DNA of 60,200 nt from an uncultured Calditrichaceae bacterium (GTDB lineage: Bacteria; Calditrichota; Calditrichia; Calditrichales; J004): the NCBI GenBank assembly GCA_964456445.1, contig CAYWBI010000006.1, positions 1 to 60,200 of the forward strand, written 5' to 3'. Position 1 is the first letter of the stretch, and each line of letters opens with the position of its first letter. Below, in pieces: positions 18,391-29,893 of the stretch. The notes under the pieces were generated by a model. The model worked only from the letters and a program-made list of their open reading frames with translations. It was not told the origin of the DNA and made no database searches. The position numbers were made by a program, and so were the translations under genes.

Positions 18391-19530
18391 TTAAGTTTTG
18401 CGCATCCCGTTCAGAACATCGCAGATAATGGCCAGACCTTTATCAACTTCGTTTTCCGTAGTAAAACGGCCAAAACTAAAACGTATAACCGATTGGGTTA
18501 GCTCGTTTGTAAAACCCATGGCAGATATAACCCGTGATGGCCGGATACTGCCCGAACTACAGGCAGAGCCAACAGAAGCCGCCAGGCCGTGCATATCTAA
18601 GTTAAGCAACAGGCTTTGGTTGTCAATGCCGGGAAAGGCTACACTGCTGATATATGGCGACCGGGGCGCCTGTGCACCAATGATAATGGTCCCGGGAAAT
18701 TTTTTGATCAATTCACGTTCAAAAACACGCTGCAAAAGACCGAGGCGCTGCCATTCGCTATTGGCATCGGAAAACAATTCAATCGCGCGGCCCAGTCCTA
18801 CAATTCCGGCAATGTTTTCGGTGCCAGGGCGCCGGTTGGCTTCCTGCCCGCCTCCATAAAAAAGTTTATCAAGCGGCACCCCATCCCGAACAAACAAGCC
18901 GCCAACACCCTTCGGCCCGTTTATTTTATGCGCGGAAAATGACAATAAATCTGCCGGGAACTTCTGCAGATTTATGGCCATCTTGCCGAAAGCCTGAACC
19001 GCGTCACAATGAAAAATAACCTTTTCCTGTCGGCAGATTTCCGCAATTTCCTGAACCGGATATATAATCCCCGTTTCGTTATTGACCATCATGCAGGAAA
19101 CCAGTCCGGTATCCGGGCGTAAACGTTTTTTTATATCGTCGGTGTCTATTTTCCCCTGTTGCGAAACCGGGATAAAATCCACTTCAAAACCCGATTTTCT
19201 TAAGTGCAATACCGTCTCGTTTACAGATGGATGTTCTGTTGAGGAGATGACTACGTGTTTTTTCCCCGATAAAGGTTTTGATGTTAGCAGACCACGGATA
19301 GACAGGTTGTTGGCTTCTGTGCCCCCCGATGTAAATAGTATTTCCTTTGCCCTGGCCTTAATCAACGCTGCGACACTATCACGCACGCTCTCGATTTTTA
19401 TCCGTCCCTTTTGGCCTTCACGATGGACGCTGGATGGGTTTCCACAGCCGGTTGTATGCCACTCATAGATGGCATTGGCCACCTTAGGATGGATAATAGA
19501 GGATGCTGCATAATCAAAATAAATGGACAT
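18391..19530 (-). CDS. cysteine desulfurase (class V aminotransferase, NifS/IscS family)
   Basis: SAHKINGPKGVGGLFVR (PLP lysine) and GSACSSGS (catalytic Cys loop). Confidence 0.85.
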   Translation of the reverse strand: MSIYFDYAASSIIHPKVANAIYEWHTTGCGNPSSVHREGQKGRIKIESVRDSVAALIKARAKEILFTSGGTEANNLSIRGLLTSKPLSGKKHVVISSTEHPSVNETVLHLRKSGFEVDFIPVSQQGKIDTDDIKKRLRPDTGLVSCMMVNNETGIIYPVQEIAEICRQEKVIFHCDAVQAFGKMAINLQKFPADLLSFSAHKINGPKGVGGLFVRDGVPLDKLFYGGGQEANRRPGTENIAGIVGLGRAIELFSDANSEWQRLGLLQRVFERELIKKFPGTIIIGAQAPRSPYISSVAFPGIDNQSLLLNLDMHGLAASVGSACSSGSIRPSRVISAMGFTNELTQSVIRFSFGRFTTENEVDKGLAIICDVLNGMRKT

Positions 19531-19734
19531 GGATTCGGTCGTTTTATCAACAGGTCGTTAAGATACAAAAAATCGTTATATTAAAAAATTATCGGCCAAT
19601 CACCGCGGACGATTTAATAAAAATGATTTTTCGGGCCGTATGTCTTGTGATGTTTTCAGAACACTATTGATAGATGTCGGGACCGTCTGATTTATAAGAA
19701 GATTGGAAACATTTGGATATATTGAAAAAATATA

Positions 19735-20886
19735 TTATTTGTCACCTAATATTTCCCGGACACTCCGGGCAACTTGTTCATGCTCAATTAAGAAAGCATC
19801 ATGGCCATGATGGCTTTTTATTTCATGGTACTGTGCATTGGGTATAAGCGCTGCTAATTCCTTTTGTTCTTGGGCAGGGTAAAGGAGGTCGCTGTTAATG
19901 CCCATACAAATTGTTTTGGCCTTATATTTCGATAATACCTCGTTTAGTTTCCCACGGTTGCGGGCGACGTTATGATTATCCATGGCATTGGAAATGGTAA
20001 TATAGCTGTTCGCGTCGAAGCGTTGCGTAATTTTTTCGGCCTGATAATGAAGATAGCGTTCCATCTCAAAGGTAGGGGGGGATTCCTTAAATAGCGCTAA
20101 CCCATTTTCACCGGAGCCACTTTGATATACATTCCGACCATGTGCCTGCTGATACGATTGGAAACTACGATAGGATAGCATTGCAATTATTCTGGCGAGA
20201 CCGAAACCCTTTGCCGGTTGACTTTTATAATTGCCCCCTGCCCAGGCGGGATCATTCTTTATTGCTAATCGTGCCGCTTGGTTCAACCCGATGGCCCAGG
20301 CAGAATGTTGTGCGGAGGTTGCTATGGTTAACAATCGTTCTACCTTTTCCGGAAAAAGCAATCCCCATTCCAAAGCCTGCATGCCACCAAGCGAACCACC
20401 GATTACCAATTTCAAAACAGAAATATCAAGATGATCAAGTAACCGTTTCTGAAGAGAAACCATATCACGCACTGTAATTTCCGGGAACGATGCCGCATAG
20501 CCTTTCCCACTTTGTGGATTGATACTTGATGGACCGGTCGTGCCATAACAACTGCCTAAAATATTGCTGCATACAATAAAATATTTATTGGTATCCAATC
20601 CCTTGCCGGGTCCGATCAGGGAATCCCACCAACCATTATGCCTGGATAACAGACCTTGAGCATGATTGTTGAAATCTGAAGCATGTGAGTTTCCCGTGAG
20701 GGCATGACAAACTAATATTGTATTGGATCGTTCAGCGTTTAATTTTCCGTATGTTTCATAAGCCACATCTACAAAGGGAAAGGTATAGCCGCTTTCAAGC
20801 ATAAAGCCATTTAGTTCCACAACTTTTGGGACATGATAACCCTTATGCCCTTTTTGGTGCTGGTTACCGGGTAAAACTTTTTTCAT
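19735..20886 (-). CDS. metX: homoserine O-acetyltransferase
   Basis: CHALTGNSH and GGSLGGMQALEW (nucleophile elbow), with an alpha/beta hydrolase layout typical of MetX. ATGA overlap with the upstream gene. Confidence 0.9.
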   Translation of the reverse strand: MKKVLPGNQHQKGHKGYHVPKVVELNGFMLESGYTFPFVDVAYETYGKLNAERSNTILVCHALTGNSHASDFNNHAQGLLSRHNGWWDSLIGPGKGLDTNKYFIVCSNILGSCYGTTGPSSINPQSGKGYAASFPEITVRDMVSLQKRLLDHLDISVLKLVIGGSLGGMQALEWGLLFPEKVERLLTIATSAQHSAWAIGLNQAARLAIKNDPAWAGGNYKSQPAKGFGLARIIAMLSYRSFQSYQQAHGRNVYQSGSGENGLALFKESPPTFEMERYLHYQAEKITQRFDANSYITISNAMDNHNVARNRGKLNEVLSKYKAKTICMGINSDLLYPAQEQKELAALIPNAQYHEIKSHHGHDAFLIEHEQVARSVREILGDK

Positions 20887-22292
20887 AGGATTGTTTCACT
20901 CTTATGGGTTTTTGTAATAAGATGACGATGAAATGCCTTTACGACCCGTTCTCCGTCTTCAGCCTTTACCAATGCGGATATATTGTGTCCTGAAACGCCA
21001 AGTGAAATATTAACCGGGCTCACTTCCTGCTCTTCCAGGACAGAAAAAAACAGAGATAAATTTTTTGGATTATCAGCAATTGCCAATCCAATTGCGCTGA
21101 CAATGCAATAATCAGGAATCATTTTTGCCAAGATAATATGATTTAACGAAATCTCATCCATAAACATATTATGGAATTCATCTCGGAAAGGGCTTTGAAA
21201 TTTTTCAGCAATAGCCACTGAAAATGACGCATCCGCTGAACTTTGATTTACCATAAACGGGCGTATTTTCAAATGATCAAGCAGATCAAAAAAACGGGAA
21301 AGTATGATGGTGGCCCTTCCTGGTTTTGCAACTTTTATTTTTACAAAAAGAACTTTTTGGACTGATGTAATAAGTTTTATGTTCTTATGATGCCGGTTGT
21401 CCATTGCCGTAATTCTCGTGCCGGGGCAGTTGGGGTTATAGGTGTTCTTCATAACAATGGGTATTTGTGATGTTTCCAAAGGGTAGATGGTATTGTGGTG
21501 CAGAACCTGAGTGCCAAAGTAAGCAATTTCAGCCGCTTCGTGATAATGAAGCTCGTGGATTAATTGAGCGTTAGGCAATAGCCGCGGGTCTCCGTCCAAA
21601 ATACCGTCCACATCGCTCCAAATTTCAACAATATCCGCATTGAGCGCTTTACCTATCAATCCGGCTGTATAATCAGAGCCATCCCTGCCAAGGGTGGTTA
21701 TTTCTCCATCATCATCCATCCCCAGGAAACCGGCAAGGACAGTGATGCATTCATCTTCCCGGTTTTGCAGTGCGTTGTGAATAAGTGACAGTGTTTGATT
21801 GTGTTCTACCTGTGCGGAACCAAAATGACTATTTGTACGGATTAATTTTCCCGGAGGAAAAGTGACCACCCGAAGTTCCATGCTTTTTAGTGCCGCCGTC
21901 AAAATGGATTGACTGCATTTTTCTCCAAAGCTTAATATGGCGTCACGTGTCTTTGGCGGACATTCTTGCAAAAGAGTTATACCATGGAGATATTTTGACA
22001 GTTGCAAAATTTCTGCCTCGATATATTTTATGCATGATCCTCTGGCCGTAGCGATGACAAATGTGTTTACAAATTTCACTTGCTTATCATGGATGTTATG
22101 GATCAATTCTTTGGAAACAGACAACGTTTCAATGGAATGCCTTATGAGATGTACAAGGTCGTTTGTTGTCGAACCAAGCGCAGAAACCACAACCACGGGC
22201 GACTCGGTTTTGTTACGATTGATTATATTAAGAACATTTTTATACCCATCGGTAGTTCCAAGAGATGATCCGCCAAATTTTAATACACGCAT
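20883..22292 (-). CDS. aspartate kinase, ThrA/MetL-type kinase plus regulatory region without a homoserine dehydrogenase domain
   Basis: The N-terminus MRVLKFGGSSLG...VVVSALGSTTNDLV closely resembles the aspartokinase I N-terminus of E. coli ThrA. 469 aa ends after the ACT-like region. Confidence 0.85.
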   Translation of the reverse strand: MRVLKFGGSSLGTTDGYKNVLNIINRNKTESPVVVVSALGSTTNDLVHLIRHSIETLSVSKELIHNIHDKQVKFVNTFVIATARGSCIKYIEAEILQLSKYLHGITLLQECPPKTRDAILSFGEKCSQSILTAALKSMELRVVTFPPGKLIRTNSHFGSAQVEHNQTLSLIHNALQNREDECITVLAGFLGMDDDGEITTLGRDGSDYTAGLIGKALNADIVEIWSDVDGILDGDPRLLPNAQLIHELHYHEAAEIAYFGTQVLHHNTIYPLETSQIPIVMKNTYNPNCPGTRITAMDNRHHKNIKLITSVQKVLFVKIKVAKPGRATIILSRFFDLLDHLKIRPFMVNQSSADASFSVAIAEKFQSPFRDEFHNMFMDEISLNHIILAKMIPDYCIVSAIGLAIADNPKNLSLFFSVLEEQEVSPVNISLGVSGHNISALVKAEDGERVVKAFHRHLITKTHKSETIL

Positions 22293-22316
22293 TTTATCCC
22301 AATCTGTTTTATACGT

Positions 22317-23684
<1,368 letters not shown>

Positions 23685-23741
23685 TTATTCTTTTTATAAT
23701 AAATATGGGCCGGATTTTTATTGCTTGTTTAGAATCCGGGC

Positions 23742-23900
23742 AAAAAAAAACCCTCTCCCGGAGTATTCCAGAAGAGGATCTAAAAAGTCTCTTCTCTCAT
23801 CTTCCATCAGCTTATTGCTGAGCAGGAATTAGCACCTTGCCATCCGGCAGGTTGCTAAGGTTTCACAGGGCCAGTCCCTCCACCTTTCTTGATAAGAAAA
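23742..23900 (-). promoter_or_regulatory. SAM-I (S-box) riboswitch with an intrinsic terminator
   Basis: The minus strand reads TTCTTATCAAGAAAGGTGGAGGGACTGGCCCTGTGAAACC...GGTGCTAATTCCTGC...GATGAGAG, the canonical S-box core. It is followed by the hairpin CTCTTCTGG/CCGGGAGAG plus T9 (23742-23780). Confidence 0.85.
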
Positions 23901-24239
23901 CTATATGTCGTCAGTCTATCTCAGATTTTTAAATTTCTCCTTTACAAATCTTGAAACTTAAATGTTTTTTATTATTACTGTAGTTTAAAGGGTAATATCC
24001 TGACATCCTTAAAAAGCCAACAGTTTTGTTTTTTGTTGATTTTTGAAGATGTTAACATTATTTGTTTACATTGTCAACTTTTTCATAAAGTTTTGTTGGG
24101 TGATACCCAATTTGAATAACATAAGTATTTGTTTCCGGTGGTTATCTACGGTTCGGATCGATAAGGGTTTTAGCAAGCTTTTGATAAAACACTGAAAAGA
24201 AGGATGTGCATATAATTTAAAAAAAAAGTATATTTGTTT

Positions 24240-24776
24240 ATGAAATTTAAAAACCTGATACGTATTACTTTTGGTATGGGGGGGGCTTTACTTTTAATCG
24301 CTCTTGCCTTTATTGTTTATGGCATAATCCTTGGGAAGCACACCCTTATTCGGGAATCGCTTATAATTGAAGCCCCGGTCGATGTGGTATGGAACAATGT
24401 GCATAATTTTGACGAGCACTCCAAATGGATGAAGGATCTCTCACCGCTATATAACTACAAACATAGCGCCAGGCAAATCCGCTATAACATTGGCGATAGA
24501 ACGTTGATGGTCAATCAGCAGGTGCGTACCCGCGAAAACGCCTATAGCATCGATTTTATCCGTATCGGGCATGAACGGTATGGGGAAATTGAAAATTTAA
24601 ACGGGAGTATTTCTCTGCATTCTCTTGCCGACGGGACAACCGAGCTGACATGGATTATTGACTATACTTTGGATACGATCAGCCCACGGGTGATAAATGC
24701 GTTTTTTGTGCGGCCCAAGCTAAAAAAACTAATCGATATCAACGCCCAGGCGCTTAAGGCATATATTGAGCATTAA
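24240..24776 (+). CDS. SRPBCC (START/polyketide-cyclase-like) family protein with an N-terminal TM anchor
   Basis: TM helix (GGALLLIALAFIVYGIIL), then a VVWNNVHNFDEHSKWMKDL pattern typical of SRPBCC proteins. The ORF extends to TTG 24234. Confidence 0.6.
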   Translation: MKFKNLIRITFGMGGALLLIALAFIVYGIILGKHTLIRESLIIEAPVDVVWNNVHNFDEHSKWMKDLSPLYNYKHSARQIRYNIGDRTLMVNQQVRTRENAYSIDFIRIGHERYGEIENLNGSISLHSLADGTTELTWIIDYTLDTISPRVINAFFVRPKLKKLIDINAQALKAYIEH

Positions 24777-24806
24777 CGATAAGGCGGAAGGATTGTGGCT
24801 TTGCCT

Positions 24807-25586
24807 TTAAAAAGGAATTTGAACTGCGAGCCCAATATTTGTGTCACCGACTTGAATTTGAGGGTTATATTCTGAAAAAAGTGCATCGCCTACCGAAAGC
24901 GCCCAAATCCCCATCAGGCTGTATTGCATAAATCGCCGTGTTTTAGAAAGTGTGTTGTAATCATCATAGCGCTTGGCGATAAGCCCGGGATTGTTTTCCT
25001 GAAGGTATTTGGAGCGGCGATCACGCTCGATAGCATAGGTGATGCCTGTGATCAACGCACTTCCCCAAAAAGCGCCGCCCAGGATATATGCCTTTGACGG
25101 TTCGTGTTTATATAGCTGTCCCCAGCCTGGAAAAATCATCGAACGAAGCGCCGCGCCCGGACGTATGTCTTCTACAAAAATATATTTTTTATATGCCAGC
25201 AGACGGGATTTTTTTGAATTCTGTAAAAACTCTGTTTTTATCTCCTTGAAAAAACGTATGATCTTTGGGGATGTACGGACCGGGTCCGGTTCGAATTTCG
25301 GGTTAATGGACAATAAAGAAAAAAAATGCGCCCGGGCTGAATCGATCTGGGAAAGATTGTAAAAGGACAGCGCCATAAATTTATGGATGTCACTTAATTC
25401 CTTTTTACTAAGCAATTCCGGACGGGTCAACAATTTGTTGCCCTGAACGATCACGTCTTCAAATTTAATTTCGTTATATAAAAAACGGAGTTGAAAAACT
25501 TCATAATCCCGGTTTTGTGCAGAAAGCGTACTTAGCCCGCACAAGACAAGCGTAATATAAAGGATCAAAGATGCATTATTTGACAT
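24807..25586 (-). CDS. secreted TPR-like / DUF5683-like protein
   Basis: Signal peptide, TPR-like helical region, and IFPGWGQLYKH...GGAFWGSALITG reminiscent of DUF5683. Overlaps the stop of the Kelch gene. Confidence 0.55.
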   Translation of the reverse strand: MSNNASLILYITLVLCGLSTLSAQNRDYEVFQLRFLYNEIKFEDVIVQGNKLLTRPELLSKKELSDIHKFMALSFYNLSQIDSARAHFFSLLSINPKFEPDPVRTSPKIIRFFKEIKTEFLQNSKKSRLLAYKKYIFVEDIRPGAALRSMIFPGWGQLYKHEPSKAYILGGAFWGSALITGITYAIERDRRSKYLQENNPGLIAKRYDDYNTLSKTRRFMQYSLMGIWALSVGDALFSEYNPQIQVGDTNIGLAVQIPF

Positions 25587-26811
25587 AGACAAGTTTTACC
25601 CGTTTGGATAAGCGCCCCGCCTGAACGGTAAGCAGATACATGCCGGATGAAATATTTGCGCCGGTTCCGGTGTGGGCATTCCAGCGAAAAGAATGTTTTC
25701 CCGAACGTATATTGCCATCAAAAAGCCGGACAATTTTTTGGCCCACTGTATTGAATATATCAATTTGTACATATCCACTCAAAGGAATATTGAGATCAAT
25801 CCTGACAAACCCGTTAAAAGGATTGGGGTAAGCCTTGGCTAAAAGGATGTTTTGAGGATAGGTCTTGGGCGGATCCGGCAATGCCGAGACGGTTGGCGTT
25901 AAAATATGAACGTCGTTTTCAACATCATTTTCGTCGAGTTGATAACCGCCCATGACATAAATTTTCCCCTGAAGAACCGCAGCGGCCATCCCGCTCTGCG
26001 CGTCCGGCATGTCTTTGCCATGCAGTAGTGTGTTGCTATTGGCGTTATATATTTCCACCAGATTGGTTTTACCGGATTGAGTCTCTCCCCCTATCATGTA
26101 TATAAGAGAATCTATCCGGGCTGTGGCGCCATAAGATCGGGGCTGGCTCAGTGAATCAATGCCTATCCAGGTATATTCGCTATCGGCAAATTCTGTTTTA
26201 TAACCGGTTGCAACTGGAGGGCCAAAGTTAGAGCCGCCGAACATATATATCTGGTTATTGTACACAGCCGGGAAAAATGCCACGCGGGGATTGTTAAGAT
26301 CAAAGTCCGCCTCTTCCCAATCGCTTTTTGTACTGTCGAACCATTCGATTTCATCAACGAGTTCAATACTATTTTTTTGTCCGCCAAAGCAATATATATG
26401 ATTATTGAAAATTATAGCCGAATGCCCTCTGCGTTCCTTGCGCATTTCATGCACTTCATCCCAGGAATTATGCACAGGGTCATATACTTCAACCGATTTT
26501 AAGACCTCGTCGTTATAGCCCCCTCCGCCTGTCAGGTAAATCTTGCCCTGCCAAAGAACTGCCGCCGCATTATAGCGTGCTTCCTTAAAATTTGAAACCG
26601 CTGTTGAATCCCAGGTATTGGAGCCCGGATCAAAAACTTCAACAGTGTTTAAAACGCGGTTGTCAACCGATTTTCCACCGAACAAGTAAATTTTTCCGTT
26701 GTACGTCACGGCACTGGCGCCTGCACGCGGCGTATTAAAGGGCACACCATCTTCCCAGGTGTCGCAGATCAGGGGGCTGATCAGAAGCATAAGCCAAAGA
26801 AGAGTTTTCAT
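25576..26811 (-). CDS. Kelch-repeat beta-propeller protein with a T9SS C-terminal sorting domain
   Basis: Repeated G-KIY-FGG / W motifs in about six blades. The C-terminus AYPNPFNG...SGMYLLTVQAG...VKLVYVK matches the Por/T9SS type A sorting domain. Confidence 0.8.
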   Translation of the reverse strand: MKTLLWLMLLISPLICDTWEDGVPFNTPRAGASAVTYNGKIYLFGGKSVDNRVLNTVEVFDPGSNTWDSTAVSNFKEARYNAAAVLWQGKIYLTGGGGYNDEVLKSVEVYDPVHNSWDEVHEMRKERRGHSAIIFNNHIYCFGGQKNSIELVDEIEWFDSTKSDWEEADFDLNNPRVAFFPAVYNNQIYMFGGSNFGPPVATGYKTEFADSEYTWIGIDSLSQPRSYGATARIDSLIYMIGGETQSGKTNLVEIYNANSNTLLHGKDMPDAQSGMAAAVLQGKIYVMGGYQLDENDVENDVHILTPTVSALPDPPKTYPQNILLAKAYPNPFNGFVRIDLNIPLSGYVQIDIFNTVGQKIVRLFDGNIRSGKHSFRWNAHTGTGANISSGMYLLTVQAGRLSKRVKLVYVK

Positions 26812-26853
26812 AGTTTTTCCAATTATTTTGTTGTTTCCTTGTCTTTATTCTAT

Positions 26854-26869
26854 TTCAAACTTTGTGCCA
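26854..26869 (-). promoter_or_regulatory. sigma-54-like promoter candidate (TGGCAC-N5-TTGAA) upstream of the Kelch gene
   Basis: The minus strand reads TGGCACAAAGTTTGAA. The -24 box is perfect with correct spacing, but the -12 element has GA instead of the conserved GC. It lies ~43 nt upstream of the ATG at 26811. Confidence 0.3.
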
Positions 26870-26870
26870 G

Positions 26871-28418
26871 TTATTTGGCAAAGGTAAAACGCTTCTCAAT
26901 GGTTTGCCCCGGTTTTATATAAAGCGTGTCGGTTATCGAGCGGAATGCCGGATTGCTTAGTTTTATTATATTCTGTCCGCTGGCCAATACAATAGGGCCT
27001 GAAAGCGGAGTGTCTTCTCTATAACGCCCGTTGATATAGAGCTTTGCCCAGGGCGATACTTTTAAGCTAAGATATCCAAAAGCAGGTTTAAGACTAACGG
27101 ATATGGTATCGCTCTTGCCGGATGTTATGTCAAATTTTCGCACATGTGAAAAATAGTTGGGGTTCTCCAGTTTTAACTGGTGCGCCCCCGCCTCAAGTAT
27201 GATGGGTTTTCGCATCGGTGTTACATCGATGGAATCGCCATCAATAAATACCTTTGCCCAGGGTGAACACGTTATAAAAAGTGTGCCTTTTCCCGCGATC
27301 AGAGGGGCATTTGTTTCCTTTACAATTTTTACGGTATTGAGCGCCATATTCATTGTTGGACGTCCTTTATTTGGGCGATCTATTTCTGCCTGCTGTGTAG
27401 AAAGCGCCGTATCCGTCTTTATTTTAGTTGCCTCGATGATAGGGCTTTCCGACCGGAGCGTGTCAATCCCGCCGGATTGGGTTTTGTCAGATGGGTTTTT
27501 AGACGGCCAAAATATAATTAGCGCTGCTGCAATCACGGTTAGGAACAGCGCCGCTTGAACCGTGAACTTTATTTTGGGCGAGCGCTTAAAAACCGTTTGG
27601 CTACTTTCCTTTTCCGAAACATTAAATTTCTCTATCTGTTTTAACACCCCTTGTGCATCTTGTGGCCGGTTCTCAGGATCAGGCGAAAGCATGGCTATCA
27701 ATAGTTCGGCAAATGAATCCGGGATGTCGTTCCTGATTTTACGGATATCGGGAATTTGATTGTTTAGGACGCATTGCAATGTGGATGCAATATTATCTTT
27801 CTGATGTGGATTGACGCCGCTCAGCATTTCATAAATAGTCATTCCCAGGCTGTAAAGATCGCTTTGTGGGCTGGCCGTTCCCCCTTGTATCTGTTCCGGC
27901 GCCATATAGGCCGGTGTGCCCATGCTTTGGCCCTGCGATGTAACTTCCGGTGCATCGGCAAGGGAAGCCAGGCCAAAATCCGTTAAACGGGCTTGCCTGG
28001 TTTTATCCAGCAGGATATTTGCAGGTTTAATATCGCGATGGATTACCTTACTTTTATGCGCGTAAGCCAGGGCACGCAATAAATCCATGAAAACACTCAG
28101 TATCTGTTCGAAAGCCAGGTTTTTATTGTCCCTGATATACTGTTGCAGAGTTTGACCTTCAACGAATTCCAGGGATATATAAACCAAATTTTCGGATACT
28201 TCAAAATCATACACATTGACAATGTTTTTGTGTTGTAAACGTGCGCTTATCCTGGCCTCACGCCGAAAGCGGTCCAGCAAATCCTTTTCCCCGAGCCATT
28301 GTTGGTTTAGTACTTTTAATAAAACCGGACGGTCCAGGTTTAAATGACGGGCTTTGTAAACGGTGGTCAGGGCGCCGCGGCTGATCTCGGCAATGATCTC
28401 ATGATTCTTGATTTTCAT
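26871..28418 (-). CDS. Ser/Thr protein kinase with a TM segment and C-terminal PEGA domains
   Basis: Hanks kinase motifs HRDIKPANILL, DFGLA and GTPAYMAPE. One TM helix (ALFLTVIAAALIIFW). Two PEGA-like repeats (SPWAKVFIDG and SPWAKLYING). Confidence 0.85.
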   Translation of the reverse strand: MKIKNHEIIAEISRGALTTVYKARHLNLDRPVLLKVLNQQWLGEKDLLDRFRREARISARLQHKNIVNVYDFEVSENLVYISLEFVEGQTLQQYIRDNKNLAFEQILSVFMDLLRALAYAHKSKVIHRDIKPANILLDKTRQARLTDFGLASLADAPEVTSQGQSMGTPAYMAPEQIQGGTASPQSDLYSLGMTIYEMLSGVNPHQKDNIASTLQCVLNNQIPDIRKIRNDIPDSFAELLIAMLSPDPENRPQDAQGVLKQIEKFNVSEKESSQTVFKRSPKIKFTVQAALFLTVIAAALIIFWPSKNPSDKTQSGGIDTLRSESPIIEATKIKTDTALSTQQAEIDRPNKGRPTMNMALNTVKIVKETNAPLIAGKGTLFITCSPWAKVFIDGDSIDVTPMRKPIILEAGAHQLKLENPNYFSHVRKFDITSGKSDTISVSLKPAFGYLSLKVSPWAKLYINGRYREDTPLSGPIVLASGQNIIKLSNPAFRSITDTLYIKPGQTIEKRFTFAK

Positions 28419-29883
28419 CTAACATGCCCCATTCTTTAATCTGGTATTGCAGCCATCGTCGGGAAACATCTAAAATTTGCGCTGCCCGTGTACGGTTTCC
28501 GCCGGTCATTTCAATTGTCTGAAGAATGGCGTATTTGTTGATTTCTTTAAGTGTTTTCCCGATGGGCATCCGTGGTTCGGTTTTTCTTAACTGGAATACG
28601 TCCGGGGATATTTCGGTTGTATTGGATAAAATAACAGCCCGTTCAATGGTGTTTTCCAACTCGCGTACATTCCCCGGCCAATCGTACTCCTGAAGGTATT
28701 GCAGCGCTTTTTTTGAGAACCCTTTAAAGGATTTCTTGTTTTTATAGGCATAATATTTTAAAAAATGTTCGGCCAACAGGATAATATCACCGGCCCGTTT
28801 TCTTAATGGTGGCATCTTTATGGATATTACATTAAGCCGGTAATACAAATCTTCGCGGAAACGCCCTTGCTTGACCTCTTCCAATAAATCTTTATTGGTG
28901 GCGGAAAGAATGCGCACGTTTACAATTCTGAACTTGGTATCGCCCACCCGCTTCAATTCGCCCTCCTGGATGATACGTAGTAATTTTGTCTGTACATCCA
29001 TGCCGATTTCGGCAATTTCATCCAAAAATACAGTGCCGCCATCGGCTTCTTCGAACAGCCCGGGTTTGTCTTCCATTGCACCTGTAAAAGCGCCCTTTTT
29101 ATGACCGAAAAGTTCGCTTTCCAATAAGTTTTCCGACAGGCTGCCACAAAAAATTGGTACAAATGGTTTTTGGGCCTGTGGGGAGTTTTTATGAATGGCC
29201 CGGGCAATGAGTTCTTTTCCCGTCCCGGAATCCCCTTCGATAAGCACCGTTGCAGTAGAAGCTGCCACACTGCGTGTAACTTCAAATATCCGTTGCATGG
29301 GCTCACTTCTGCCTATTATTTCCGGGAACAGATCGTTAAGGGAAATTTGTTCTTTGAGCTTTTTATTTTCCCTCTGCAAATCATTGAACATCCGGGCGTT
29401 TTGGATTGCGATTGCCGCCTGAATCGAGAAGGCATTTAGAAAATCCAGACTTTCATCGTCAAATTTATCCTTCGACATCTGCCGGTCCATATAAATGGCC
29501 CCCACGATTTCATCCTTGTAGATAAGCGGAGTGCACATAACCGAATGTATTTTCTGGATGACGATACTCTCTGCTCCACTAAACCGGTCATCCTGCTGGG
29601 CGTTGATACTGATCAACGGTTTTTTGCTTTCGATAACCTGGCGCACGACGCTACTGGAGTGATCGCGGATGGATTTTATCGTTTCCCGGGAAAGGTTGCG
29701 GGCCGTTACAATTTCGTAATTATCTTTTTGGGCCCTTTTTTTTAGCAGGATAAAGCCACGTTCCGCATTTAACACGCGCAGGGCGGAATCCATTATACGG
29801 TCCAGCAAGACAGAAATTTCATGCGTGGCGTTTATCTCTTCACTAATTTTTAAAAGTGTTTCAAATGGGTTTAAAAGAGCCAT
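28399..29883 (-). CDS. sigma-54-dependent transcriptional activator (GAF, AAA+, Fis-type HTH)
   Basis: Walker A GDSGTGKE, the GAFTGA sigma-54 contact loop (KKGAFTGA), and the C-terminal HTH RTRAAQILDVSRRWLQYQIK. The N-terminal region is GAF-like. Confidence 0.9.
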   Translation of the reverse strand: MALLNPFETLLKISEEINATHEISVLLDRIMDSALRVLNAERGFILLKKRAQKDNYEIVTARNLSRETIKSIRDHSSSVVRQVIESKKPLISINAQQDDRFSGAESIVIQKIHSVMCTPLIYKDEIVGAIYMDRQMSKDKFDDESLDFLNAFSIQAAIAIQNARMFNDLQRENKKLKEQISLNDLFPEIIGRSEPMQRIFEVTRSVAASTATVLIEGDSGTGKELIARAIHKNSPQAQKPFVPIFCGSLSENLLESELFGHKKGAFTGAMEDKPGLFEEADGGTVFLDEIAEIGMDVQTKLLRIIQEGELKRVGDTKFRIVNVRILSATNKDLLEEVKQGRFREDLYYRLNVISIKMPPLRKRAGDIILLAEHFLKYYAYKNKKSFKGFSKKALQYLQEYDWPGNVRELENTIERAVILSNTTEISPDVFQLRKTEPRMPIGKTLKEINKYAILQTIEMTGGNRTRAAQILDVSRRWLQYQIKEWGMLDENQES

Positions 29884-29893
29884 TATCTTTTCC

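Noticed and set aside
18398-18942. Plus-strand ORFs (153 aa and 108 aa) antisense to the cysteine desulfurase gene
   Set aside because: They overlap a well-supported CDS, overlap each other, and have no motifs.
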